A DNA stretch of 46,276 nt from positions 1-46,276 of the forward strand of contig CAVIXF010000341.1 of the NCBI GenBank assembly GCA_963646585.1. Reading direction: 5' to 3'. Positions 26,128-35,068 of this stretch are shown in pieces. The position numbers were made by a program, and so were the translations under genes. Each line of letters begins with the position of its first letter. The stretch's first letter is position 1. Below the pieces are notes generated by a model. That model did no database searches. It saw only the letters and a program-made list of their open reading frames with translations, and was not told the origin of the DNA. Source of the DNA: Candidatus Gastranaerophilales bacterium HUM_1. GTDB lineage: Bacteria > Bacteroidota > Bacteroidia > Bacteroidales > UBA932.

Positions 26128-27966
26128 GTGGCTGAAATCCTTGAACCGAAAATTAAAGACCTCCCGGCGTGGACGCTCGAGGATTTCGAGAACGCCGTCC
26201 CGCACAGGTGGCTTTACGGCAACTATTACAAGAATCCTTTTACATACCGGCGTGCAATCGTCAAAATAGACGAAGCGGCACGGAAACTCGGCTATCCCGG
26301 GTTCAAAGCCGAAATGCGCGACTATGTGAAAGAATTCGGCGACGGCAAGGTAAACGAGAGCGACTATACCAACTCGACCGAGTTCACCGGGCAGCCTATC
26401 GAACTGAACTGCGGTAAGTACATTTGTACGGATGCGGGCGTTTCAGTTCCGTCCCTCGGCGAAGTCACGACTATCTGCCCGCACCCGATTCTGATATCCG
26501 GGCGACTTGTCAATCTCGATTCGGGGGAAGTCCGGCTCGAGGTGTCGTTCAAGCGGTCGGCAGAATGGCGAACCGTCGTCGTCGAGAAGATCATCCTCGC
26601 GTCGGCGGCGAAGATCATCGACCTTGCCCGGCTCGGGATCGCGGTCGATTCCGAGAACGCGAAAGCTCTTGTCAAGTACTTTACCGACCTCGAAGCATGG
26701 AACTATGACCGGCTCCCAGAACGGCATTCCGTCGCGCGGGTCGGCTGGACGACTTCCGGAAAATTCGTGCCATACGCCGATTCTGTCGAGTTCGACGGCG
26801 CGCCCGGATTCAGGGCTGTGTTCGATTCCTTCCACCCGGAGGGAGACCGTGAAGCCTGGTTCAAAGCCGCCTCGAAAGCCCGGAACGAGAGCACCATTGC
26901 GCGGATCGTTCTCGCCGCCTCCCTCGCGTCCGCATTGGTTAATCCGCTCCACGCGCTACCATTTTTCGTGCACGTCTGGGGTAGATCGGGCAACGGCAAA
27001 ACCATGCTGTTAAAGCTCGCCGCGTCCGTCTGGGCGTCGCCCAACTCGTCGGAGGGGTATGTGCGGAACTTCAACTCGACTATCGTCGGACTGGAGACCG
27101 CCGCGGGGTTCTTCAACTCCGCTCCCCTCTGCGTGGACGAGCTGCAAGTCGTGAAAAACCGGCGCGACTACGACGATATAATCTATATGCTTTCCGAGGG
27201 GCAAGGGCGCTCCCGCGGGTCGAAGGACGGGTCTTTTCAGCAGCTCAAATCCTGGCAGAATACCATCATCACGACAGGCGAAATGCCGATCACGAGCGAC
27301 TATTCCGGCGCGGGCGCTATCAGCCGAATCATCGAAATCTCCTGCGGCAAGGAGCGGCTTCTCAGCGACTATCGCGGGCTTTCCGACACGCTGTCCCACA
27401 ACTGGGGCTTCGCAGGGAAGGAATTCGTCGAAGGGCTCACACCACAGGTGCTCGAAGCGGCGAAGAAAGTGCAGGAAGAGTACCGCACGGCATTCGAGGC
27501 GTCAGCGACTACCGAAAAGCTCGCGCTCTCCGCGTCGCTGATCCTCACGGCGGATGCTCTCGCAGAGCTTTTAATCTGGCACACCGGCACGAGCCTGTCA
27601 GCGACAGAGCTTGCAAAGTATCTGCCGACCGAAAAAGAGGTCGACACCAATCAACGCGCGTTGGAATGGCTTTACGGCACCATTGCGGAGAACGAGGGCA
27701 AATTCGACTTCTCCGGCGATTCTATCCCGCGCGAGGTGTGGGGCGAATACAAGACTGACGGATATGACCGTCCCGGAGTGGCGATCATCTCGTCGGTGCT
27801 CAGCCGGATCATGCCCGAGGCGGGGTTCAACCCCACAGCGTTCCGGCAATGGGCAGCTACGGAGGGCTATCTTCGCCGCGACGCGGAGGGCAGATCAACC
27901 TTCATGGTTCGCATCCACGGCAAGCCGCCCACTCGGTGTGTGTGGCTGTACCTGGACGACAAATAA
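26128..27966 (+). CDS. DUF927-family replicative helicase/ATPase
   Basis: Walker A GRSGNGKT, Walker B LCVDE, IITTGE. Confidence 0.85.
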   Translation: MAEILEPKIKDLPAWTLEDFENAVPHRWLYGNYYKNPFTYRRAIVKIDEAARKLGYPGFKAEMRDYVKEFGDGKVNESDYTNSTEFTGQPIELNCGKYICTDAGVSVPSLGEVTTICPHPILISGRLVNLDSGEVRLEVSFKRSAEWRTVVVEKIILASAAKIIDLARLGIAVDSENAKALVKYFTDLEAWNYDRLPERHSVARVGWTTSGKFVPYADSVEFDGAPGFRAVFDSFHPEGDREAWFKAASKARNESTIARIVLAASLASALVNPLHALPFFVHVWGRSGNGKTMLLKLAASVWASPNSSEGYVRNFNSTIVGLETAAGFFNSAPLCVDELQVVKNRRDYDDIIYMLSEGQGRSRGSKDGSFQQLKSWQNTIITTGEMPITSDYSGAGAISRIIEISCGKERLLSDYRGLSDTLSHNWGFAGKEFVEGLTPQVLEAAKKVQEEYRTAFEASATTEKLALSASLILTADALAELLIWHTGTSLSATELAKYLPTEKEVDTNQRALEWLYGTIAENEGKFDFSGDSIPREVWGEYKTDGYDRPGVAIISSVLSRIMPEAGFNPTAFRQWAATEGYLRRDAEGRSTFMVRIHGKPPTRCVWLYLDDK

Positions 27967-28035
27967 CTATCGTTGGCGAATATGTCAAATTCGATGGCTG
28001 TTCGCCAGCGACTATTGTGCAAGTTTGTTTCGGCG

Positions 28036-28307
28036 GTATCACAGTATCGCCCTTTGTATCAGACCGCAGATACGCCGAAACCCGCATAAAACCTGGACTT
28101 TTTGGAGGTGTATCACAGTATCACTCAAAAATCGATTGCACGCTTATATACGCGCGTAAAAAAATTTGAAATACAAAACATGCTCGCGCGTATGTATAGT
28201 ATAGTATGTGATACATGTGATACAAGTGATACATATATAAATAAGCCAGTATTCATGGGCATTTTCGAGTATCACTTAAAACGGGCTTGCCCGAAACAGA
28301 GTGATAC
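28036..28307. other. Probable replication origin with GTATCAC iterons
   Basis: GTATCAC at 28036, 28110, 28118, 28269; GTGATAC at 28208, 28217, 28226, 28301; AT-rich core after the helicase gene. Confidence 0.7.
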
Positions 28308-28335
28308 TTAGTGATGGATTACGAAAGGAGATCAC

Positions 28336-29163
28336 ATGGACGAAGAGAAGAAAGCCGGAGCGAAGAGCGCGGCACAAGGCAAGGCGACTGGAGCTGGAGC
28401 GGACAACCCCGCACCGAAGAAGAGAGGCAGACCGAAGGGCAGCACGAAGCCGAAGCCACCGAAGAAGCCGAAAGAGAAGACGGTCAACTCCTACGCGAAG
28501 CGGAAAGCGACGGAATACGCAGTCGAGATAGCCGAACGGGTCACCGATGACGAGAGCAAGAAAGCGATCATCGCCGCACTGGACATCCCCGAAGAGGATA
28601 TGCCTGCCCGAGACCCGAAGTACCCGACGCACAAGAAGCCCCCTGTCGGGACGAACCCGAGAAGATGGTCGCCCGAAACGGATGAAGATCGGGCGCTGGT
28701 CAGCCAGATGCTTCACGAGCTGTTGACCGAGTACCGGAAACCACCGGTGCGAAGCGATGAGGAACTCGCGCAGAGGTTCAGCGACTATTACATTCAGTGC
28801 GCTGAGGAAGGAAGGACGCCCGTATGGGAAGAAGCATGCCTGAGCACAGGGTACACGGCGGGGTCGCTGTGGAGGTGGGAATGTGGGATTGAGCGGGGGT
28901 TCACCGATATGAGCGGCGAATTGGTTAAAAAGGCTAAAGCTTTTCAACAGGGTTTTGACGCAAAACTTGTCACGGCCGGGAAGATGAATTTTTTGGCATA
29001 TTGCTTCCGCTCGAAGTGCTATTACGGGATGCGGGATAACGCAGAATTGCCCGAAACTACGCGAAATCCGATGGGTGAGGCGAATCTCACGCCGAAGCAG
29101 CTGCAAGAAAGATATTTGCAGGGAATGAGGGAGAGCGACTATGAAGACAAGACCTTGAAGTGA
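28336..29163 (+). CDS. terS: Terminase small subunit (probable)
   Basis: KKRGRPK hook, EELAQRFSDYY..CLSTG..KCYYGMRD pattern; position upstream of terL. Confidence 0.65.
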   Translation: MDEEKKAGAKSAAQGKATGAGADNPAPKKRGRPKGSTKPKPPKKPKEKTVNSYAKRKATEYAVEIAERVTDDESKKAIIAALDIPEEDMPARDPKYPTHKKPPVGTNPRRWSPETDEDRALVSQMLHELLTEYRKPPVRSDEELAQRFSDYYIQCAEEGRTPVWEEACLSTGYTAGSLWRWECGIERGFTDMSGELVKKAKAFQQGFDAKLVTAGKMNFLAYCFRSKCYYGMRDNAELPETTRNPMGEANLTPKQLQERYLQGMRESDYEDKTLK

Positions 29164-29266
29164 GGCAAAAGGTTTGATTTTCGACAGTCGAAATGGGCTG
29201 CTCAGTGATATGTTGCTAAAAGTATTGTGCAATATGACGAACTGGTTTGACGTTCTCTGACATTCG

Positions 29267-29342
29267 AGCGACTATTGCCCGAGCGACTATCAGACGGTCA
29301 GCGACTATCAAGCGACTATCGCGAAAAATTATCAGCGACTAT
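29267..29342 (+). repeat. 5x AGCGACTAT repeats (candidate pac region)
   Basis: Copies at 29267, 29282, 29300, 29311, 29334; another at 29134 inside terS. Confidence 0.85.
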
Positions 29343-29494
29343 TGCGAACCCGGAAAAGAAAAATCCGGTTTTTGAAACTCGCAGAAAAGTTTTTCAAAAC
29401 CGGGCAGGAAATTTTTCGGAAATCGGCGGGAAATTGAACAGGTTTCGAGGGGCTGTCCGGGCGGCGGGCGGCCTCTCTCGCCGTGTAGGGGGCA

Positions 29495-29845
29495 CCTCGA
29501 GGCGGCAGAGCTACACGGCGGGCGGCAGCGTATGACCGCACAGGACGCGCACAGGCGGCGCACAGCGGGCGGAAATGGGCGGGGCGGTATATTTACCCTC
29601 TCGAGGGATTAAACACGCTCACGGGGCTTGTAGTGGCTCACAGACATATGCAGCCTCGAGGGCGTCACGGGGCGGCGCGGATCATGCCGGGCGCAGGGGC
29701 GGCCGTGCACCCTCTCGAGGCGGCGGACGGCGGGCATAGGGCTGTGAGGCTCTGTGAGGCTACGCGCAGGGCGTTTGCGCTGCGGGTGGTATAGATACCC
29801 TCTCGAGGCTCTGCGGGCGTCCTGTGGGCTTGTAGCGCGTCACAG
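29495..29845. repeat. CTCGAGG-containing imperfect repeat units
   Basis: Five CTCGAGG; two units GGTATA..TACCCTCTCGAGG..GGGCTTGTAG..TCACAG. Confidence 0.6.
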
Positions 29846-29852
29846 CGTGGGC

Positions 29853-29920
29853 GCAAAAAAGCCCCGGCAGTCCGGACGGGCTACCAGGGCATAAAAAGAC
29901 CGCCCACGCGGGGCGGTCGG
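29853..29920 (-). terminator. Tandem intrinsic terminators of the leftward island
   Basis: Minus strand GACCGCCC-cgcgt-GGGCGGTC-TTTTT and GCCCTGGTAG...CTGCCGGGGC-TTTTTT. Confidence 0.75.
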
Positions 29921-29923
29921 GGG

Positions 29924-29992
29924 TTATGAGCGGTGCGCGAGCTCCAGCAGGATCAGCACCGGCACTATCAGGATGTACAGCACTACAAGCAC
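29924..29992 (-). CDS. 22-aa hydrophobic peptide MLVVLYILIVPVLILLELAHRS
   Basis: GGAGGTGA SD, own promoter and terminator; too short for the ORF track. Confidence 0.65.
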   Translation of the reverse strand: MLVVLYILIVPVLILLELAHRS

Positions 29993-30011
29993 GCTATCAC
30001 CTCCCGCACAC

Positions 30012-30040
30012 AGTATAGCACATCGGCGGGCGGATGTCAA
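30012..30040 (-). promoter_or_regulatory. Sigma-A promoter for the 22-aa peptide
   Basis: TTGACA-17-TATACT with extended TG. Confidence 0.75.
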
Positions 30041-30046
30041 GGGGGG

Positions 30047-30385
30047 TCATGCGGTCACGCTCGGCTGCGCTGCCTCCATGCGGCGCATGGAGTTACGGAT
30101 GGCGGTCAGCGTGGTCACGCTGCCGTCGCGGTAGTACTCGCCGGACGCGTAGCAGTGCGAGCAGCTCTCGCGGTAGTGGTACGCGGCGGCGTATGTGTGC
30201 CCGCCCTCCGCCCACTCGACGCGGTCGCGGTTGTGCTGCTCCTCGTGCCAACGGCGGGACGCGGCAGTGCCCGCGGGCGTCCACCAGTAGGCACTCTTGC
30301 AGGTCTCCGCCTGTGCTACGATCTCCGCCACGGCGGCGACGGTCTCGGGGGTGTATGCGTCCGGTATAAGTATCTTTTTTGCCAT
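30047..30385 (-). CDS. Hypothetical protein (anti-defence candidate)
   Basis: AAGGAG SD; lies in the TTC-depleted island. Confidence 0.7.
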   Translation of the reverse strand: MAKKILIPDAYTPETVAAVAEIVAQAETCKSAYWWTPAGTAASRRWHEEQHNRDRVEWAEGGHTYAAAYHYRESCSHCYASGEYYRDGSVTTLTAIRNSMRRMEAAQPSVTA

Positions 30386-30394
30386 GATATGCTC

Positions 30395-30425
30395 TCCTTC
30401 TCCCGCCATAGCCGGGCGGGGCGGC
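30395..30425 (-). promoter_or_regulatory. SD-abutting pseudoknot, copy D
   Basis: GCCG-CCCCGCC-CGGC-TATGGCGGG-AGAAGGA. Confidence 0.6.
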
Positions 30426-30438
30426 GATAAAATTAGTC

Positions 30439-30621
30439 TTACTTTGCCATGCTATACAGCGCGTCCGCAGTGATCCGCAGGGCGTCCAGGACGCGATAAG
30501 CGCGGTCTTCGGCGGCTGTGTCTGCCGCCTCGTCTGCCGGGCGTCTGAGGCCGCATGCGCGGCGGTAGTCGCGGCGATCCTTTACCCATGCTATGATCTC
30601 CAGTGCTTTATCTGCCGTCAT
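30439..30621 (-). CDS. Hypothetical protein
   Basis: 60 aa, overlaps the upstream gene end. Confidence 0.55.
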   Translation of the reverse strand: MTADKALEIIAWVKDRRDYRRACGLRRPADEAADTAAEDRAYRVLDALRITADALYSMAK

Positions 30622-31267
30622 GCCCTCGCCCCCCCTCTCGTGCGATCTCGCGAGTGGTGATGATCCACTCTGCCAGCAGACGGCCGCGGGTCGCGGTGTC
30701 TGCGCCTCTGCAAGCCTCTGCAAGCTCACGGACGCCCACAGCCGGGACGCCCGCCGCGGGGCGGTAGCCAGTGCAGATGGTCAGCCCCGCGATCACGTAT
30801 ACGTCACAGTTCCAGCCGTACACACCCGCCGTGTAGTAATCGGGACGGATGCCAGCCAGCGCGTCTTGCAGATCGCAGTAGCCCACGCGGACGATACGAC
30901 GGCCAAAGTAACGCTCCTCATCACGCAGCCAGCCCGCAGTTACTTGCCGCGTGGGACAATGGCGGTATGCGTCACGCTTTAGGGCTATGCCGTCCATAGC
31001 GTATGCGATCTCTGCTGCAAGCTCGCCGCTCTCTGCCACCCTCTCGGCGGTCTCGCTCTCCGGCTCTGCTGCTGGTACGGTCCAGCCCTCCGGCACAGTC
31101 ACGACGGGCTGCCCGGGTTTCGGGTGGCTCATGGTCTCGGTGCAGCCGATGACCTCGCACCCCTTTACGGTGTAGTAGGCGGTTGCCTGTTCTGCGGACT
31201 CTGCGATCACAAGGTTCGCGGAGTAAATGTCGTTGCCGTTGCTGTAGGTGATTTCATAGGTTTTCAT
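30608..31267 (-). CDS. Hypothetical protein (anti-defence candidate)
   Basis: AAGGAG SD; YYTAGVYGWNCDVY..ICTGYRP; first gene after the consensus promoter. Confidence 0.75.
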   Translation of the reverse strand: MKTYEITYSNGNDIYSANLVIAESAEQATAYYTVKGCEVIGCTETMSHPKPGQPVVTVPEGWTVPAAEPESETAERVAESGELAAEIAYAMDGIALKRDAYRHCPTRQVTAGWLRDEERYFGRRIVRVGYCDLQDALAGIRPDYYTAGVYGWNCDVYVIAGLTICTGYRPAAGVPAVGVRELAEACRGADTATRGRLLAEWIITTREIAREGGRGHDGR

Positions 31268-31315
31268 GGTGCTCTCCTTCTGCCCTCTCGGGGCTGTTTG
31301 CTTTGGTGTGACTAT

Positions 31316-31344
31316 ATTATAGCACACTTTTTTGCTGTTGTCAA
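31316..31344 (-). promoter_or_regulatory. Consensus sigma-A promoter, leftward
   Basis: TTGACA-acagcaaaaaagtgtgc-TATAAT with A-rich UP element. Confidence 0.88.
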
Positions 31345-31568
31345 GGGGTTTCAGCAATTTTTTTTGCTTTTTTTTAAGCTTTTTTCACCGCCGCAAAATG
31401 CGCGCTTTAGCGGCAGTCACCCAGGCGGCGGCGGGTACCCCGGGGGGCGCAATTGCCAGAGGGACGGCGCGGTTGACCCTCCCCACTCAAAAAAATCCAA
31501 AAAAACGAGCAATTCAAGCAACACATTTGTCACGGGCGAGAAAAATCAGAAAAAATTTGAAAAAGGTC

Positions 31569-31597
31569 TTGACATCAGCATAATTATGTGCTATAAT
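31569..31597 (+). promoter_or_regulatory. Consensus sigma-A promoter, rightward
   Basis: TTGACA-tcagcataattatgtgc-TATAAT. Confidence 0.88.
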
Positions 31598-31674
31598 AGT
31601 ACCAGAACAAGCGACGCCGGAATTGACAGGTAGCCCGACTGAGGCTGCCGGAATCGGCGGATGGGGAGAAAACA

Positions 31675-31935
31675 ATGGGGATAACGGAGATAATTCAGGG
31701 AATTCGCAAAGAGAAGAAAGTGACCTACGACCAGCTCGCGAAAGCGACGGGGGCGAAGTCATACACCAACGTGAAGAACGTGCTGTCGCGCGACGGTTCG
31801 GTGAATGTTGAGACGGCGGTAAAGCTGCTTGAAGCGCTTGGGTATGAAATGGTCATTCAGCCGAAGAAGCAGGGACGCAGACCGGACGGGCAGCAGGTCG
31901 TGGCGATCCCCGAGAAGGGAGGGGACGAGCAGTGA
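31675..31935 (+). CDS. XRE-family HTH regulator
   Basis: IRKEKKVTYDQLAKATG..VETAVKLLEALGYE. Confidence 0.8.
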   Translation: MGITEIIQGIRKEKKVTYDQLAKATGAKSYTNVKNVLSRDGSVNVETAVKLLEALGYEMVIQPKKQGRRPDGQQVVAIPEKGGDEQ

Positions 31936-32519
31936 CGTACGCATATGTCAGAGTCTCGACCATCGAGCAGAACGAGGCGCGGCAGATAGACGCGCTCGAG
32001 GCGTCCGGCATCACATTCGACCGGGTGTTCATGGACAAGCAATCCGGCAAAGACTTCAATCGTGCCGAATGGCAGGAGCTTCTCGGGACGATTCGAGGCG
32101 GCGACCTCCTCGTTGTGAAGTCCATTGACCGCCTGGGGCGCGATTATGAAGGCATCATCGAAATGTGGCGGAAGATAACGAAAGAGATCGGCGCGGACAT
32201 TTACGTTCTGGATATGCCGATACTTGACACGCGAAAGAACAAGGATATGCTCGGAACGTTCATCTCCGACCTCGTTCTCCAACTGCTGTCATATGTCGCG
32301 CAGACCGAGCGTGAGAACATCAAGCAGCGCCAGGCGGAGGGGATAGCTTCCGCGAAAGCCCGCGGCGTGAAGCTCGGGAGACCATGCGCGGAGATATCCG
32401 CGAGCGCGTTCGAATCATACCGCGAAAAGGTTGAGCGCAAAGAAATATCCGTCACTCAGGCTTGCCGGGAACTCGGAATTTCAACCGATACATGGTACCG
32501 GCGTGTGAAAGCGGCATAA
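31932..32519 (+). CDS. Serine recombinase (resolvase/invertase family)
   Basis: YAYVRVST..EARQ, VKSIDRLGR, C-terminal HTH. Confidence 0.95.
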   Translation: MTYAYVRVSTIEQNEARQIDALEASGITFDRVFMDKQSGKDFNRAEWQELLGTIRGGDLLVVKSIDRLGRDYEGIIEMWRKITKEIGADIYVLDMPILDTRKNKDMLGTFISDLVLQLLSYVAQTERENIKQRQAEGIASAKARGVKLGRPCAEISASAFESYREKVERKEISVTQACRELGISTDTWYRRVKAA

Positions 32520-32549
32520 CTCCACCAACACTCCACCAACATTCCAACA
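32520..32549 (+). repeat. CTCCACCAACA 11-bp tandem repeat
   Basis: Two perfect copies and one degenerate copy. Confidence 0.75.
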
Positions 32550-32561
32550 AGGGAGGCAACC

Positions 32562-32831
32562 ATGAACCCGATAACCATGAGCGAGAACTGCACAGCGGCG
32601 CATAACATCAACGCACTGACAGAGGCATACAAGCTGCTGACGAACGAGATCGTCGGCGCGAGAAAGAACGAGAAGATTAAAAAGGCGTATGACGACCTCA
32701 ACGAGGCGTTTTACGCGGCGATTCGCGCGGAGAGTGAGCGGATCGTGCTGAGCGGCGAATCAAGCCGTAACACCGTAACACCGGAATCACGTGTAACGGA
32801 GCGGGTCGACCGTAACACCGTAACACAATAA
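32562..32831 (+). CDS. Hypothetical protein
   Basis: GGAGG SD; repeat-derived C-terminus. Confidence 0.6.
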   Translation: MNPITMSENCTAAHNINALTEAYKLLTNEIVGARKNEKIKKAYDDLNEAFYAAIRAESERIVLSGESSRNTVTPESRVTERVDRNTVTQ

Positions 32832-33038
32832 CACGTGTAACAGCGAAGAACGCTTAGTTTGAACTTAGTTTGCGTTTAGTTTCAAGTTAGTTTTAAGTTA
32901 GTTTTAACCAATACGCAAACAAAATGTAAACGACGGCGCAAGTGCGCAAGTTGCCTCGCAAGTTTAACACAGAATTAACACGGGTTTAACACAGATTCAG
33001 CGTTGAATGTCAATGCGCAACGCTGATTCAGTGTTAAA
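32765..33038 (+). repeat. Cluster of short phased direct-repeat arrays
   Basis: CCGTAACA x4, TTAGTTT x5 (11-bp period), GCAAGT x3, TTAACAC x3 (11-bp period), inverted repeat 32985-33038. Confidence 0.85.
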
Positions 33039-33185
33039 GGCTGCGAACCGCAACCGGCTTTCCCGAAAAGGAAGGACAGCGAGCAGATACCGCAAACGTT
33101 CACCTGACCGCGTGAAGCGGTCACGGAATAACAAACGCATCCCGCACCGGCATTGTGCCGCGCGGAGTACCGAACCCCTATACTT

Positions 33186-33237
33186 AGAGCGCCCAGAGCG
33201 CCATTTTCAGAGGAGAGTGGCGTCTTGGGCGTTTTTT
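33186..33237 (+). promoter_or_regulatory. AGAGCGCC x2 hairpin/terminator covering the probable terL SD and start
   Basis: 20-bp stem (one mismatch, several G-U) with AGAG loop, then T6; AGAGGAG and in-frame TTG 33225 lie in the loop and 3' arm. Confidence 0.75.
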
Positions 33238-35000
33238 CATGTGAAGATACTGGAAATAAAAAATCAAAAAAGGCAAAAAAAGGGAATAAAGCGATAATCC
33301 CCGGTTTTGAGAACTGGAACGACCGGCTGCCGGAGTGCGTCACGCTGTGCGAGGCTATCGCGGCGTACGGGACGGACAGCCTTTCGGTCGCGAAAGACTA
33401 CTTCGACGCGCTGAGGGGGCTCGCGCAGGACAATTCGGCGGAATCGTACGAGGAAGAACTCGCCTACATGGTGGCGAAAGGGAAAGAATTTTTTGACGTC
33501 GTAAATCGTATGCTCGCGAGGTCGGCCGCCGCGAGGACGTCAGCCGCGCCGGAATGGTACGAGCTGAAACGGAAAGTCTGCCTTCTGCTCGCGCCGCACT
33601 CGTTCGACCACTATATGCAGTACGTCGAATGGAACAGAGAACCGTCGCGGAAATTCTGGGTGCCGAGAAGAAGCGTCCTCATGGGGCTGTGCAACGATCT
33701 GCAAGACCTCGAGGAGCATAGGATTAAATTTCTCGGGGTGAGTATGCCGCCTCGTGTCGGAAAATCCACGATTTGTATATTTTTCCTGACCTGGCACATG
33801 GGACGACATCCGGACGACGCGTCCGCTATGGGCGGGCACTCCGACACGCTCGTGAACGGGTTCTACGGCGAGCTGAACGCGGTGCTCGACCCGGACGGCG
33901 AATACCTCTGGCACGACGTGTTCCCGCACGCGCAGATCGAAAGCCGGTCGGCGAAATACCTGCAAATCAACATCAATCACCCGAAGAGATTCCCGACGAT
34001 GACGTGCAGATCGGCGGAAGGCACGTGGACGGGCGCTATCGATATCTCACGGGACGGCATCCTTTACGTCGACGACCTCGTGAAAGACCTCGAGGAATCG
34101 CTGTCTCCCTCCCGTCTCGACGCGAAATACAACATCTACCTGAACCAGATGAAAGACCGTATGAAGGACGGCGCACTACAGCTGATGGTCGGTACGCGCT
34201 GGAACGTCATGGACCCGCTCGGACGTGTGCGCGAACAGTACAGAGACAATCCCGAATACCGGTTCACCGTCATTCCCGCGCTCGACGCGAACGGAGAATC
34301 CAACTTCCAGTACGACTACGGCGTCGGATTCTCGACCGAATACTACCGCGACATGAAAGCGTCAATCGACGACTGCACATGGTGCGCGAAGTACCAGGGC
34401 GCACCGTACGTCCGCCAGGGTCTCGTCTTTCCGCCGGATTCACTGCTCCGCTACAACGGCGTGCTACCGGGCGGATCTCCGGAACGCATTATCGCCGCGT
34501 GCGACGTCGCGTGGGGCGGAGAAGACTATCTGTCAATGCCCATCGTCTACGTGTACGGCGACGGCTCCATGTACTGCGTCGATGTGGTGTTCTCGAACGC
34601 GAACAAGGTATTCACACAGCCCGAAGTGGTCGGCAAGCTGCTGATTCACCGCCCGCATCAGGTACAGTTCGAGGCGAACAACGGCGGAACCGAATATGCG
34701 CAGACGGTTGACGAAATGCTCCGCGCGAAAGGGTGTTCTCTCAACATCTCGACGCGACGCGCTCCCGGCAACGCCTCGAAGCTCTCCCGCATCATCCAGT
34801 ACGCGCCGGATATCGCGAAGATTCACTTTCTCGACTTCGACCACTCGACGCCGGAATACCGCTCGTTCATCGAATGGCTCTGTTCTTTCGTCTCGCTCGG
34901 CAAGAACGTCCACGACGACGCGCCCGATTCGCTCGCACAGCTGATGGACTTAGCAACCGGAAACTGGGGCATTGTCTCGGTTCAGAAACGGGTATTCTGA
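33225..35000 (+). CDS. terL: Terminase large subunit (start uncertain)
   Basis: MPPRVGKST Walker A, LYVDD Walker B, CDVA and HDDAPDS nuclease motifs. Confidence 0.93.
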   Translation: MGVFSCEDTGNKKSKKAKKGNKAIIPGFENWNDRLPECVTLCEAIAAYGTDSLSVAKDYFDALRGLAQDNSAESYEEELAYMVAKGKEFFDVVNRMLARSAAARTSAAPEWYELKRKVCLLLAPHSFDHYMQYVEWNREPSRKFWVPRRSVLMGLCNDLQDLEEHRIKFLGVSMPPRVGKSTICIFFLTWHMGRHPDDASAMGGHSDTLVNGFYGELNAVLDPDGEYLWHDVFPHAQIESRSAKYLQININHPKRFPTMTCRSAEGTWTGAIDISRDGILYVDDLVKDLEESLSPSRLDAKYNIYLNQMKDRMKDGALQLMVGTRWNVMDPLGRVREQYRDNPEYRFTVIPALDANGESNFQYDYGVGFSTEYYRDMKASIDDCTWCAKYQGAPYVRQGLVFPPDSLLRYNGVLPGGSPERIIAACDVAWGGEDYLSMPIVYVYGDGSMYCVDVVFSNANKVFTQPEVVGKLLIHRPHQVQFEANNGGTEYAQTVDEMLRAKGCSLNISTRRAPGNASKLSRIIQYAPDIAKIHFLDFDHSTPEYRSFIEWLCSFVSLGKNVHDDAPDSLAQLMDLATGNWGIVSVQKRVF

Positions 35001-35068
35001 TATCTGTGGCGGAATTTCGTCACTCATGACGGAATTTCGGAATATATATACAAGTATGCTCGGAACAC

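Noticed and set aside
29267..29342. CRISPR array
   Set aside because: Repeats are 9 bp with irregular 2-14 bp gaps; no spacer structure and no cas genes. The same holds for 16570-16604 and 32765-33038.
31629..31660. Fifth pseudoknot copy in the HTH leader (GGTAGCC/GGCTGCC stem, CGA/TCG)
   Set aside because: Stem length and spacing differ and it does not abut AGAAGGA; only three loop pairs.
33007..33297. 96-aa ORF upstream of terL
   Set aside because: No SD, Arg-rich low-complexity translation, and it runs through the regulatory hairpin.
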